From the NCBI GenBank assembly GCA_013286655.1, contig JABDFG010000008.1:413-64412 (forward strand): 64,000 bases of DNA, given 5' to 3'. A model generated the notes under the pieces. It was given only the letters and a program-made list of their open reading frames with translations, was not told where the DNA came from and did not search any database. Position 1 is the first letter of the stretch, and the number at the start of each line of letters is the position of its first letter. This stretch comes from Bacteroidota bacterium (GTDB taxonomy: Bacteria > Bacteroidota > Bacteroidia > JABDFU01). A program made the translations under genes and the position numbers. Below, piece by piece: positions 1 through 9,944 of the stretch.

Positions 1-1794
1 TATTTTAAAAGAACATTTACGGCTGATCGTACTGAATTTATCGGACGTAACGGTACGCTGCAAAATCCGGATGCCATGTCCAGAATAAAACTCTCCGGAA
101 GGATGGGCTTGGCCCTGGATCCCTGTGCAGCTATCCAGGTTCCATTTGTCCTGGCAGATGGTGAAGACTATGAACTTGTTTTTCGATTGGGTGCAGGAAA
201 AGATCCGGGGGATGCAAGTGCCATCGCCCGTCAATTCAGAGGGAGCGCTGCCGCGTATGAATCATTTGAGAAGGTAAAAAAATACTGGAAACATGCACTT
301 GGAGCTTTACAGGTAGAAACTCCCGATGCAGCCGTTAATATTATTACCAATGGTTGGCTCACTTATCAAACGCTTTCGTCCCGGCTTTGGGGACGGAGCG
401 GTTATTACCAATCGGGAGGCGCCTTTGGATTCAGAGACCAGCTGCAGGATGTGGTATCACTTCTTTATGCCGGACCTCAGTTTGCGCGGGAACAAATTTT
501 ACTTTGTGCATCACGTCAGTTTAAAGAAGGTGATGTACAGCATTGGTGGCACCCCCCGGCCGGTCAGGGGGTCCGGACCCGGTGTTCCGATGATTTTTTG
601 TGGCTGCCACTGGTCACTTCGCTTTATATTTCACATACCGGTGATTTGTCTGTACTGGAGGAATCTGTATCCTTTCTGAATGGTCGCCAACTGAACCCCG
701 GCGAAGAATCCTATTATGATCTTCCTATTCTATCGGATAAATCTGCTAAACTATACGATCACTGTGTTCAGGCTATCAGACATGGATTTAATTATGGGGA
801 ACATGGATTACCTTTAATCGGTACAGGTGACTGGAATGACGGTTATGATAAAGTAGGCAAGGACGGTAAAGGAGAAAGTGTCTGGATGGCATTTTTTCTT
901 TACGAAATACTGATCCGATTTGGGGCGATCGCTGATTTACATAAGGACTCGGTATTTGCGGAGGAATGCAAAAAAGAAGCACAGAAGTTAAAAGGCAATA
1001 TTGATCAACATGCCTGGGATGGAGCTTGGTACAAGCGTGCCTGGTTTGATAACGGGACACCACTGGGATCTTCCCTCAATGAGGAATGCAGGATTGATTC
1101 CATTGCTCAAAGCTGGTCCGTTTTATCAGGAGGAGGAACTGTTGAACATATGCATGCTGCGATGGAGGCATCGTATAAAATGCTGGTTCAAAAAGATACC
1201 AGAGTCATTCAATTATTAGAACCGGCATTTGACAAATCAGACCTGGCTCCGGGTTATATAAAAGGATATGTGCCGGGAGTAAGAGAGAACGGTGGGCAAT
1301 ATACACATGCCGCTATCTGGATGATTATGGCTTTTGCTAAATTGAGAAATCCTGAACGGGTATGGGAGTTGTTGGACATGATCAATCCGATCAATCACAG
1401 CAACACCGCCGAAAAAATTGCTGTTTATAAAGTGGAACCTTATGTTTTGGCGGCGGATGTATATGCTCGTATACCACATGCCGGCCGTGGCGGATGGACC
1501 TGGTATACCGGTTCTGCGGGCTGGATGTACCGGCTTATTATTGAATCCTTTCTGGGTCTGCAACAGCAAGCAAATGAAATAAAAATTGTTCCTTGTGTTC
1601 CTAAAAACTGGGAATCATTTAAAATACATTACCGGTACAGGAACACCGTTTATCATTTTGTCGTCACCCAAAAAAGTGGTACAGAAGAAATGCGTGTGGC
1701 CATTGATGGAATAGATCAAATGGATAAAGTGATTAAACTGACAGATGATGGTGTTGACCACACAGTTCAAATTCAAATGTTTTGGAAGAGTTAA
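1..1794 (+). CDS. GH94-family glycoside phosphorylase / cyclic beta-1,2-glucan synthase-like protein, C-terminal part (5' end lies outside window)
   Basis: The frame of the 76..1794 ORF is open from nt 1. Motifs GAFGFRDQLQD, GTGDWNDG and GRGGWTWYTGSAGWMYR resemble the catalytic (alpha/alpha)6 domain of the cellobiose/chitobiose phosphorylase-NdvB family. Confidence 0.7.
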   Translation, partial: YFKRTFTADRTEFIGRNGTLQNPDAMSRIKLSGRMGLALDPCAAIQVPFVLADGEDYELVFRLGAGKDPGDASAIARQFRGSAAAYESFEKVKKYWKHALGALQVETPDAAVNIITNGWLTYQTLSSRLWGRSGYYQSGGAFGFRDQLQDVVSLLYAGPQFAREQILLCASRQFKEGDVQHWWHPPAGQGVRTRCSDDFLWLPLVTSLYISHTGDLSVLEESVSFLNGRQLNPGEESYYDLPILSDKSAKLYDHCVQAIRHGFNYGEHGLPLIGTGDWNDGYDKVGKDGKGESVWMAFFLYEILIRFGAIADLHKDSVFAEECKKEAQKLKGNIDQHAWDGAWYKRAWFDNGTPLGSSLNEECRIDSIAQSWSVLSGGGTVEHMHAAMEASYKMLVQKDTRVIQLLEPAFDKSDLAPGYIKGYVPGVRENGGQYTHAAIWMIMAFAKLRNPERVWELLDMINPINHSNTAEKIAVYKVEPYVLAADVYARIPHAGRGGWTWYTGSAGWMYRLIIESFLGLQQQANEIKIVPCVPKNWESFKIHYRYRNTVYHFVVTQKSGTEEMRVAIDGIDQMDKVIKLTDDGVDHTVQIQMFWKS

Positions 1795-1856
1795 GAAAGA
1801 CAGAATAAAAAAGCTGGCCTTTTTGCTATTGCTTCTTTTTGCCGTATTTTTGTTCC

Positions 1857-2492
1857 ATGGAGGAATTGTACAAGAAACTTTTGGATGGTAACAAGGAATG
1901 GGTTGCCAAAAAATTAGCGGAAGATCCTCTCTTTTTCGAAAAATTAGTAAAAGGTCAGGCCCCCCCTCTTTTATGGATAGGCTGCTCGGACAGCCGGGTT
2001 CCTGCCAATGAAATTATCAACGCTCAACCTGGAGAAGTGTTTGTTCACCGGAACCTGGCCAATATGGTGGTTCATGCGGACATGAATATGCTGAGTGTAC
2101 TTGATTATGCGGTTCGGATTTTAAAAGTAAAGCATGTTATAGTTTGCGGACATTATGGATGCGGAGGCGTTGCCGCTGCTATGAGCAATAAACAGTATGG
2201 TTTTATTGATAACTGGCTCCGGAATATTAAAGATGTCTACCGTTTGCATCAGAAAGAACTGGATGAGCTAAAGGACGAACAGCAGCGGTCGAGAAGGTTT
2301 GTGGAATTGAATGTTATCGAACAAGTATTAAACGTGTGCAAAACATCGACCATTCAGAATGCCTGGCAGGAATTAAACTGTCCACATATTCATGGATGGG
2401 TATACGATGTAGGAAATGGCGTTATCAAAGACCTGAAAGTGTCTGTAAAAAACAATGTGGACATGTCGGAAATATACAGGTTTGATTTATAA
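1857..2492 (+). CDS. can: beta-class carbonic anhydrase
   Basis: CSDSRVP and HYGCGG zinc-ligand motifs. The ATG at 1857 (MEELYKKLL) is preferred over the TTG at 1839. Confidence 0.85.
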   Translation: MEELYKKLLDGNKEWVAKKLAEDPLFFEKLVKGQAPPLLWIGCSDSRVPANEIINAQPGEVFVHRNLANMVVHADMNMLSVLDYAVRILKVKHVIVCGHYGCGGVAAAMSNKQYGFIDNWLRNIKDVYRLHQKELDELKDEQQRSRRFVELNVIEQVLNVCKTSTIQNAWQELNCPHIHGWVYDVGNGVIKDLKVSVKNNVDMSEIYRFDL

Positions 2493-2502
2493 AAATGTGT
2501 GT

Positions 2503-3672
2503 TTAAAAGACTTCGCATAAGTGAAAGAAAAGACCGTGCGAACCTTCCATGCCGAATCCATAGTCGATCCCAAAATTAGCCCTGGAAAGGGTATTTACTT
2601 TTATGCGAATTCCGGTTCCGACGCCGGGTAAAATGGTTTCAAACTTATTTCCAGGATAATCCGATACGGATTGTGCATTGGCGAATACCACTCCTCCCAA
2701 AAGACCATTCCGGGTAATGCCAAAACGGTATTCTGATTCCAGGTATAACAGATTAGCGCCTCTTAACCTCCCCTGAATATACTCCCGTGCCATGTTGGAG
2801 TAGGTGTCCCAGCCGGTACTCGGCAAGTCGAAGTAAGGGGCTTTTCCTCCAAAACTAAACCAGTTGTAGCTCCACAATGCCAATATATTATTTGAGTGGG
2901 GGGAAAGTTGAATGTACTTTCTAAAATCCAGTAGCAGGGACTGCCAGTTTTGGTCACTCCCTAAAAGCGTCAAATTACTTCTATAAGAAATACTTGCATA
3001 ATATCCTTTCATAGGATTATTTATGTTTTTCCTGGCATCAAACAGTAAATGTATCAGCAAACCTGATGAAACGGTTTTTGTGGCATCGTTATTATATTGT
3101 TGAAAATCCCCGATGCCCCCCTGATCCGCGATACCAAAATGATAATCAAGATTGTAGCCCATTCCTGCGTAAAAGTCAGATTGTATATGTTTCAATACTT
3201 CCTGGTAGATCCGGATATAGGAATACGACACTGCATCGGCATTGCTTAAAGAGGAATGTCCTCCCAGACCATAGGTAAAAGTGGGGTACTTATAATAGCG
3301 CAAATCGCCCAGCCAATTGTATTTGTTTTCTTTGGACCAGATGTTGGAAACAACAGGTATAATAACCTGGTGGTTGAAAATGGAATACTCCGAATAGGTC
3401 GTGATGGAAGATAAATACGTGTCTGTATTTTTACCCAGGTAAAAAGATGCATTGACAGAAGCAACGGCCGATACGCTGGTCACTAGTTTATAGCCCACTC
3501 CCGGTAAAATAGCATAAAACACCTTGCCAGGTTTTAATTTCAGACTATCCGGCTGTAGCGGAATTTTTTTATTGAATAATTCCTGAACAACATCTACAAT
3601 ATCTTTTTGCTGGATTTGAGCTACTACGGTTGAACCGAACAGAATAAAGAAACAAAAACCAGGTATCCTCAT
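2503..3672 (-). CDS. Omp85/BamA-like (surface antigen D15 family) outer-membrane beta-barrel protein
   Basis: Signal peptide after the internal Met (MRIPGFCFFILFGSTVVAQ). Alternating beta-strand pattern and a C-terminal aromatic residue (..HLCEVF). Confidence 0.55.
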   Translation of the reverse strand: MRIPGFCFFILFGSTVVAQIQQKDIVDVVQELFNKKIPLQPDSLKLKPGKVFYAILPGVGYKLVTSVSAVASVNASFYLGKNTDTYLSSITTYSEYSIFNHQVIIPVVSNIWSKENKYNWLGDLRYYKYPTFTYGLGGHSSLSNADAVSYSYIRIYQEVLKHIQSDFYAGMGYNLDYHFGIADQGGIGDFQQYNNDATKTVSSGLLIHLLFDARKNINNPMKGYYASISYRSNLTLLGSDQNWQSLLLDFRKYIQLSPHSNNILALWSYNWFSFGGKAPYFDLPSTGWDTYSNMAREYIQGRLRGANLLYLESEYRFGITRNGLLGGVVFANAQSVSDYPGNKFETILPGVGTGIRIKVNTLSRANFGIDYGFGMEGSHGLFFHLCEVF

Positions 3673-3921
3673 ATAAATAAAATGGATCAATCTCGCTCCC
3701 TCGTTAACGAAAATACCTAAAAAGACTGAAATTTCTATGTTTCAAAGGATAAAAACGGCGGCTAAAATTATAATAATGATAATGACGACATACTGCCATA
3801 TGTCGATAAAATAAGGAGCATATTTTTTATAAAATTCTTTCATAAAATTTGTTCCGCTAAATTACAACAAACCCTTTTAGTGAAAAAACATTACATTCGC
3901 TAAACTTCTAAACTAAACACT

Positions 3922-4566
3922 ATGATAACTAAACTTTACAAAGTTCCTGTTTTTTTATTTTTGGTATGCTTCTTCAGTTTCGGTAATGTTCGTAAAACAT
4001 GGGCCCAGACAGAGGCTCCCGCCTCTGTGGTCACTGCAGGTATTGGTTTCAGTCTTGCGGGGGTAATCATCTCGGCTTATGAAACTGCAGTAACTGCTGC
4101 TGCAAATACAGCAAATAATATCCAGGCAACAAGTTCATCCATTCCTGTAATTTTCGGGTCGTATGATTATTCGGTTAACCATCGCTTTAGTATAGGCATT
4201 GCTGGTTCCTACCAGTCATGGGGTATAGCTATTCCTGCTTATGTTGATAATGGGGGAACAGCTTATTCAGCAAGTGCGCTTAATATCTCACGCACAAATT
4301 ATGCATTAAGGCCTTTAATCCATCTGGGTAATAGTTCTGATCTGGATATGTACATCGGTGCAAGGTTAGGTTATACTACCTGGAATACGGCATTTAATAG
4401 TAATGATCCAAATCTTACCGGAGTAAAATTTGGAACGTCAAGTAATTTTGCTCCGGCTGTATTATTTGGAGTGCGTTATTTTTTCATAAAAAATCTGGGC
4501 ATAAGTGCCGAGCTAAGCCTTGGTGCTCCCTATGCTTTCGCCTTTGGATTGAATGGCCGGTTTTAA
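3922..4566 (+). CDS. small outer-membrane beta-barrel protein (OmpW/porin-like), signal peptide
   Basis: N-terminal signal peptide ending WAQ. Gly/aromatic-rich amphipathic strands and a terminal F (..LNGRF). Confidence 0.5.
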   Translation: MITKLYKVPVFLFLVCFFSFGNVRKTWAQTEAPASVVTAGIGFSLAGVIISAYETAVTAAANTANNIQATSSSIPVIFGSYDYSVNHRFSIGIAGSYQSWGIAIPAYVDNGGTAYSASALNISRTNYALRPLIHLGNSSDLDMYIGARLGYTTWNTAFNSNDPNLTGVKFGTSSNFAPAVLFGVRYFFIKNLGISAELSLGAPYAFAFGLNGRF

Positions 4567-4586
4567 AAATCAGTGAATTAATTTTT

Positions 4587-4612
4587 AAAGGGGCTCCCGG
4601 GCCCCTTTTTTG
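4587..4612 (+). terminator. rho-independent terminator
   Basis: GC stem AAAGGGGC / GCCCCTTT with a short loop, followed by a T-run, directly after the stop of 3922..4566. Confidence 0.7.
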
Positions 4613-4670
4613 TTTCTTATCTTTACTATAATGCGAAGCATTCATAAACACAGTTAAATTAACGATACAG

Positions 4671-5162
4671 ATGAAAAAGCTTTACCTTATACGTCACGCC
4701 AAGTCTGATTGGACTTACGAAGGGCTTCCGGACATAGACCGTCCTTTAAATGAAAGAGGTTATCGTGACGCCCATTACATGAGCAAGCATTTGTTTAGCA
4801 AAAAACACCAGCCGGATGGCATTATTACAAGTCCGGCCATCAGGGCCATCAATACAGCCCTGATATTTTCCCGTAACCTGGATTTCTCTGAAAATAAGAT
4901 CCAGATTAATCCGGCTTTGTATCATGGCACGATAGAAGCCTTTATAGCCCAGCTTGGCGGAATACACGAGGATTTGAAGAGTGTTTTTGTGTTCGCGCAT
5001 AATCCCACGATCACAAAGGTGCTGAACATATTGACCGACAGCAAAGTGGAGGAGATGCCGACCTGTTCGATTGCCTGCATCGAATACAAAGAAAACTCCT
5101 GGAAGGCGACTCAGTCGGCTTCTATGCTTTGGTTCGATTTTCCTAAAAATCATCCGCAATAG
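4671..5162 (+). CDS. sixA: histidine phosphatase family protein (SixA-like)
   Basis: N-terminal LIRHAKS (RHG-type catalytic motif). About 160 aa, and sits directly upstream of ppk-ppx. Confidence 0.6.
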   Translation: MKKLYLIRHAKSDWTYEGLPDIDRPLNERGYRDAHYMSKHLFSKKHQPDGIITSPAIRAINTALIFSRNLDFSENKIQINPALYHGTIEAFIAQLGGIHEDLKSVFVFAHNPTITKVLNILTDSKVEEMPTCSIACIEYKENSWKATQSASMLWFDFPKNHPQ

Positions 5163-5167
5163 ACTAG

Positions 5168-5210
5168 TGTTAAGTTATTGTTAAGTGTCTTTCTGTTCAT
5201 AGACTGTCAC
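5168..5210 (+). promoter_or_regulatory. two pairs of 11-bp-phased direct repeats (Pho-box-like) upstream of ppk
   Basis: TGTTAAGT-tat-TGTTAAGT (5168-5186) and CTGTTCA-taga-CTGTCAC (5193-5210). A TAATTTCG -7-like box at 5223-5230 follows, then the ATG at 5237. Confidence 0.3.
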
Positions 5211-5236
5211 AGGAATGATGCGTAATTTCGAAAAGT

Positions 5237-7309
5237 ATGGCTTCCAAAAACTATGAACAACTCAACCGCGAATTAAGCTGGCTGTCCTTTAATGAACGTG
5301 TTTTACAAGAGGCCGAGGATAAAACCGTCCCACTTATTGAACGCGTGAAGTTCATGGGAATATTCTCCAGTAACCGGGATGAATTTTTCCGTGTAAGAGT
5401 AGCCACTGTTAAACGGATGGTCAAGCTGGGACGCAAGGCGAAAGAAATACTTGGTGAGGATCCTGAAATACTGCTGGGGAAAATCCAAAAAATGGTTATC
5501 AACCAGGCTAACAAGTTCGAGGGCATTTATGAAGAACTTTTGCATGACCTGGGTAAGAAGAATATTTATATTCTGAATGAACGGATGTTAAATGCGGAAC
5601 ATGTAAAACATGTCCGACAGTATTTTCACGACGAGGTTATGCCGGCCTTAGTACCCATTATGCTGGATGCTTTTGTCCCTTTTCCGTACCTCAGGGATAA
5701 ATCCGTTTATTTCTTAATTAAGCTTAATCGCTCCGGAAAAAAACCAAAATATTCGCTTATTGAAATTCCTTCTGAAGTCTTACCGCGTTTTGTAGTATTG
5801 CCCAAGCAGGGGGATAAAAAATACATCATCCTGTTAGATGATGTTATCCGTTATTGTCTCGATGTAGTATATGCGATCTTCGATCACGAATCCATCGAAG
5901 CTTACGCTGTCAAATTGACCAGGGACGCGGAGCTGGACATTGATAATGACGTTACCAAAACCATTGTTGAAAAGATATCAAAAAGCCTCAAGAAGCGGAA
6001 AAAAGGAGCACCGGTCCGGTTGACGTATGATAATGACATGCCGATTGACATGCTCGACTTTTTGATGAAAAGAATAGTTGCCATCAAAACGGAAAATCTT
6101 ATACCCGGAGGAAGGTATCACAACTTCAAGGACTTTATTAATTTCCCGAATGTCGGCGGGCCGGAATTGAAGTTCCAGAATCCGATGCAGCTCGACCATG
6201 AAATTTTCTCCGGAAAAAAAAGTTTTCTGAAGGTTATCCGTGAAAAGGATATTCTTCTTTTTTATCCGTATCAGAGTTTTTCCCATATCATTGATGTTAT
6301 CCGTGAAGCGGCCATTGATCCACGCGTGGAAAGTATTAAAATGACTTTGTACCGTGCAGCAAAACATTCCCGTGTGGTGAATGCACTTATCAATGCCATG
6401 AAAAACGGAAAAAAAGTTACGCTCGTTGTGGAGATACAGGCCCGTTTCGATGAAGAGGCTAATCTGCACTGGGCGGATAAATTAATGGAAGAGGGCGCAC
6501 AAGTGATCTATGGTGTCCCCGGTCTTAAAGTGCACTCTAAATTATTTTTGATCAGCCGGCGCGAAAATGGAAAACTGGTGAATTATGCCCATGTAGGGAC
6601 GGGAAATTTTAACGAACAAACTTCTAAACTTTATTCCGACTGTAGTCTCCTTACCTGTGATAAACGGATCACCGGAGAGGTGGCTAAACTTTTTATTTTC
6701 TATGCTAATAATCTCAAACCGGGAACCTATAAGCATCTCCTGGTGGCTCCCTACTTTATGCGTAAAAAATTCAATAATTTTATTAACAAGGAAATTGCAA
6801 ATGCGAAGGCCGGTAAGCCTGCATCTATAAAACTAAAGCTGAACAATCTGGTTGACAGGGAAATTATTAAAAAGCTATATGAAGCAAGCGAGGCAGGGGT
6901 TAAGATAAAGCTGATCATACGTGGGATCTGTTGCCTGGTTACGGGGGAGTCCTACAGCAAGAACATAGAAGCCATCAGCATTGTTGATAAGTACCTGGAG
7001 CATTCCCGGGTGTTTATATTTTGCAATGGGGGTAATGAAAAATACTTTTTATCTTCGGCGGACTGGATGGGAAGGAATTTTGATAATCGTTCGGAGGTGG
7101 GTGTGCCTATTTATGACAAGGCTTTACAAAAGGAAATCAAAACATTCTTCGACATACAATGGAGTGATCATTGCAAGGCAAGGATTATTAATAAGAAGCA
7201 GGATAATCCATACCGTGTGACAGGCCATTCCGCTAGTCAGAAAACAAAAGTTCGGGCGCAGGATGAAATTTATAAATGGCTCAAACAAAAAAAAGCACAA
7301 TTAAAATAA
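5237..7309 (+). CDS. ppk: polyphosphate kinase 1
   Basis: 690 aa. N-terminal NRELSWLSFNERVL, an autophosphorylation-region histidine context, and two PLD-like C-terminal domains (HSKLFLI, HSRVFIF). Confidence 0.95.
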   Translation: MASKNYEQLNRELSWLSFNERVLQEAEDKTVPLIERVKFMGIFSSNRDEFFRVRVATVKRMVKLGRKAKEILGEDPEILLGKIQKMVINQANKFEGIYEELLHDLGKKNIYILNERMLNAEHVKHVRQYFHDEVMPALVPIMLDAFVPFPYLRDKSVYFLIKLNRSGKKPKYSLIEIPSEVLPRFVVLPKQGDKKYIILLDDVIRYCLDVVYAIFDHESIEAYAVKLTRDAELDIDNDVTKTIVEKISKSLKKRKKGAPVRLTYDNDMPIDMLDFLMKRIVAIKTENLIPGGRYHNFKDFINFPNVGGPELKFQNPMQLDHEIFSGKKSFLKVIREKDILLFYPYQSFSHIIDVIREAAIDPRVESIKMTLYRAAKHSRVVNALINAMKNGKKVTLVVEIQARFDEEANLHWADKLMEEGAQVIYGVPGLKVHSKLFLISRRENGKLVNYAHVGTGNFNEQTSKLYSDCSLLTCDKRITGEVAKLFIFYANNLKPGTYKHLLVAPYFMRKKFNNFINKEIANAKAGKPASIKLKLNNLVDREIIKKLYEASEAGVKIKLIIRGICCLVTGESYSKNIEAISIVDKYLEHSRVFIFCNGGNEKYFLSSADWMGRNFDNRSEVGVPIYDKALQKEIKTFFDIQWSDHCKARIINKKQDNPYRVTGHSASQKTKVRAQDEIYKWLKQKKAQLK

Positions 7310-7310
7310 A

Positions 7311-8207
7311 TTGAAGTTAGCTGCTATCGACATTGGTTCTAATGCAGTCCGGCTTCTGTTCTGCAATGTCCTCAATGGTAAAAGCGAAGCCGTTTTTAAG
7401 AAAGCTGAACTTATCCGTGTTCCGCTCCGCCTGGGAGAGGATACTTTTCTTACCGGAAAAATTTCGGATAAGAAGGTCGAAAAGCTGGTGAAGTCTATGT
7501 CGGCCTTTCGCAATCTCATTGATGTATATGAAGCTGTCGATTACCGTGCCTGTGCGACTTCGGCTATGCGTGAAGCAAGCAACAGCGAAGAGATCATCGG
7601 AAGGGTGAAACGGGAAGCTGGAATAACGATTGAAGTTATTGACGGGTCAACAGAAGCTGATATTATTTATAACAATCATATTGCTGAACACCTCAGCAAC
7701 GATTCTGCTTACTTCTATATTGATATTGGTGGAGGCAGCACGGAAATCACGCTTTTTAATAAAACGAAAGTGGTCGCTTCCCGTTCTTTTAATATTGGGA
7801 CGATCCGTTTACTACATGACAAAGTGAGCAAGGAGACCTGGAACGAATTCAAAGACTGGATCAAAGACACGACCAAAAATTATCACCCGCTCATCGCCAT
7901 TGGCTCCGGGGGAAATATCAACAAACTCTTCTCCATGTCCCGCAAAAAACAAAGCAAGCCGATTACTTACGGTAAACTTAAATCTATCTGCGAACTACTG
8001 GAAGTCTATACCTATGATCAACGTGTCCGGGAACTGGGTCTTAAACCTGACCGTGCGGATGTCATTATCCCTGCCTCGAAAATTGTACTCACTGCAATGA
8101 AAGTTGCTGAAATTGAAAAAATGTATGTTCCTCAGATCGGTCTCTCCGACGGTATTGTACATCTTCTTTATGAAAAACATAAATTGAAGACTCCTGCGCT
8201 TGGTTAA
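7311..8207 (+). CDS. ppx: exopolyphosphatase (Ppx/GppA family)
   Basis: AAIDIGSNAVRLL and IDIGGGSTE actin-like ATPase motifs. TTG start 2 nt after the ppk stop. Confidence 0.85.
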   Translation: MKLAAIDIGSNAVRLLFCNVLNGKSEAVFKKAELIRVPLRLGEDTFLTGKISDKKVEKLVKSMSAFRNLIDVYEAVDYRACATSAMREASNSEEIIGRVKREAGITIEVIDGSTEADIIYNNHIAEHLSNDSAYFYIDIGGGSTEITLFNKTKVVASRSFNIGTIRLLHDKVSKETWNEFKDWIKDTTKNYHPLIAIGSGGNINKLFSMSRKKQSKPITYGKLKSICELLEVYTYDQRVRELGLKPDRADVIIPASKIVLTAMKVAEIEKMYVPQIGLSDGIVHLLYEKHKLKTPALG

Positions 8208-8282
8208 TCGTTAACTTTTTTTAACAATTTTTCGGGTGCGCCAATTATTTTGTAAAATATATTTGTCAATCAAAAGTACCGC

Positions 8283-9209
8283 ATGGATATTATCGTAAAT
8301 GGATTAAGCAAATTATATGGCGCTCAGAAAGCGTTGGATGCTATTTCGTTTCACGTAAAAACCGGAGAGATCGTAGGTTTTTTGGGTCCGAATGGGGCAG
8401 GTAAGACAACCGCCATGAAAATCATTACCTGTTACCTTGCTGCCAATAGCGGGGAAGTGAAGGTGGGCGACTATTCGGTTAAAGATAGTCCACAGGAAGT
8501 AAAAAGACATATTGGTTATCTGCCCGAGCATAATCCTTTGTACCTGGATATGCCGGTGATGGATTACCTGGAGTTTTCGGCATTGCTTCAGGGCGTTGAA
8601 AAAAATAGAGTAAAGGAAAGAATCCGTGAAATGATCAAAAAATGCGGATTGAACGTTGAAAAGCATAAAAAGATAGGAGAACTTTCCAAGGGATACCGGC
8701 AACGTGTTGGATTGGCCCAGGCTATGATTCATGATCCGGCGGTGTTGATTTTAGACGAGCCCACAACAGGTCTGGATCCAAACCAGATCGTTGAAATACG
8801 TAAACTTATTAAAGAGCTTGGAAAAGAAAAGACGGTTATCCTCAGCACGCATATTTTGCCGGAAGTGGAAGCTACCTGTGACCGGATTTTAATTATCAGC
8901 AAGGGAAAGATTGTGGCGGATGGAACATCAGATACGTTACGTAAAAAATCTCAGGGCCAGGAAGTTCTGAAGGTTAAAATAGAAGAGGGAAATAAAATGG
9001 ATATTCTGCAGGCTTTGCAGCAACTTGAAACAGTCGCCTTGGCGGACGCCGTTGCTGGTGCTGAAAATGTGTTTGAGATTCAAAGTAAGGGCAACTGGTC
9101 TTCCAAACGAAATGTGTTTAAGCTCTGTGTAGAGCGAAACTGGATTTTAACGGAAGCAATTCCTTATGAAACCAAGCTGGAAGATATATTCCGGGATTTA
9201 ACTATATAA
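8283..9209 (+). CDS. gldA: ABC transporter ATP-binding protein, GldA-like
   Basis: Walker A GPNGAGKTT, signature LSKGYRQR, Walker B LILDEP. The N-terminus is close to the gliding-motility GldA as I recall it. Confidence 0.7.
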   Translation: MDIIVNGLSKLYGAQKALDAISFHVKTGEIVGFLGPNGAGKTTAMKIITCYLAANSGEVKVGDYSVKDSPQEVKRHIGYLPEHNPLYLDMPVMDYLEFSALLQGVEKNRVKERIREMIKKCGLNVEKHKKIGELSKGYRQRVGLAQAMIHDPAVLILDEPTTGLDPNQIVEIRKLIKELGKEKTVILSTHILPEVEATCDRILIISKGKIVADGTSDTLRKKSQGQEVLKVKIEEGNKMDILQALQQLETVALADAVAGAENVFEIQSKGNWSSKRNVFKLCVERNWILTEAIPYETKLEDIFRDLTI

Positions 9210-9215
9210 AAAGAT

Positions 9216-9941
9216 ATGCGACAAATCATCATCATCGCAAAGCGTGAACTGCAGGCATTTTTTGATTCACTCGTTGCTTATATTATGTTGGCCGCCTTCC
9301 TTGGTTTCAGCGGCTTCTTTACCTGGCTTTACGGAGCGGATGTCTTTCTCCGGAACCAGGCTGATTTACAAACTTTTTTTGGAATAGCTTATTGGACCTT
9401 ATTTTTCTTTATTCCTGCACTTACAATGAAGATGCTGGCAGAAGAGAAAAAAACGGGGACCATCGAATTGCTTTTTACCAAAGCGATAACGGATTGGCAG
9501 ATTGTTTTTGGTAAATTTTTGGCTTGTCTTGCTTTGGTTTTCATTGCTCTTTTATTTACAGTTCCTTATTACCTGACCGTATGGAAATTAGGTCCTGTGG
9601 ATCATGGAGCGGTGTTCTGCGGTTACCTGGGATTGATTATGATGAGTGCCACGTATATCAGTATTGGCATATTCGCCAGCAGTGTTACAAATAATCAGAT
9701 CGTGGCCTTCTTATTCTCCCTGTTCGCCGGAATGTTCTTTCATATTTTATTCGATGTATTGGCAAGAAGTTTTACCGGAGGGCTTGCCGAAACGCTTAGT
9801 TACCTGAGTGTGTCCTCCCATTACGATTCTATTTCCAGAGGGGTAATTGATTCCAAGGATATTATCTACTTTTTATCGGTCATTTTTATGGCGCTTTTTC
9901 TTTCTGAAGTATCCCTGGCAAAAAGAAATTTACAATCTTAA
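9216..9941 (+). CDS. gldF: ABC-2 type permease, GldF-like
   Basis: Six predicted TM segments. The EEKKTGTIELLFTKA motif is typical of GldF/ABC-2 permeases. Operon position after gldA. Confidence 0.55.
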   Translation: MRQIIIIAKRELQAFFDSLVAYIMLAAFLGFSGFFTWLYGADVFLRNQADLQTFFGIAYWTLFFFIPALTMKMLAEEKKTGTIELLFTKAITDWQIVFGKFLACLALVFIALLFTVPYYLTVWKLGPVDHGAVFCGYLGLIMMSATYISIGIFASSVTNNQIVAFLFSLFAGMFFHILFDVLARSFTGGLAETLSYLSVSSHYDSISRGVIDSKDIIYFLSVIFMALFLSEVSLAKRNLQS

Positions 9942-9944
9942 AAA

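Noticed and set aside
3742-3843. 33-aa minus-strand ORF (MKEFYKKYAPYFIDIWQYVVIIIIIILAAVFIL), and a 40-aa ORF at 17918..18040 (MNKAIQMRKSNYNQTVDSWIKGCSILAFGFIIYHVLIVVFS)
   Set aside because: Both have a hydrophobic segment, but they are very short, sit in AT-rich spacers, and have no supporting signal that I can evaluate by eye. The evidence is insufficient to call them genes.
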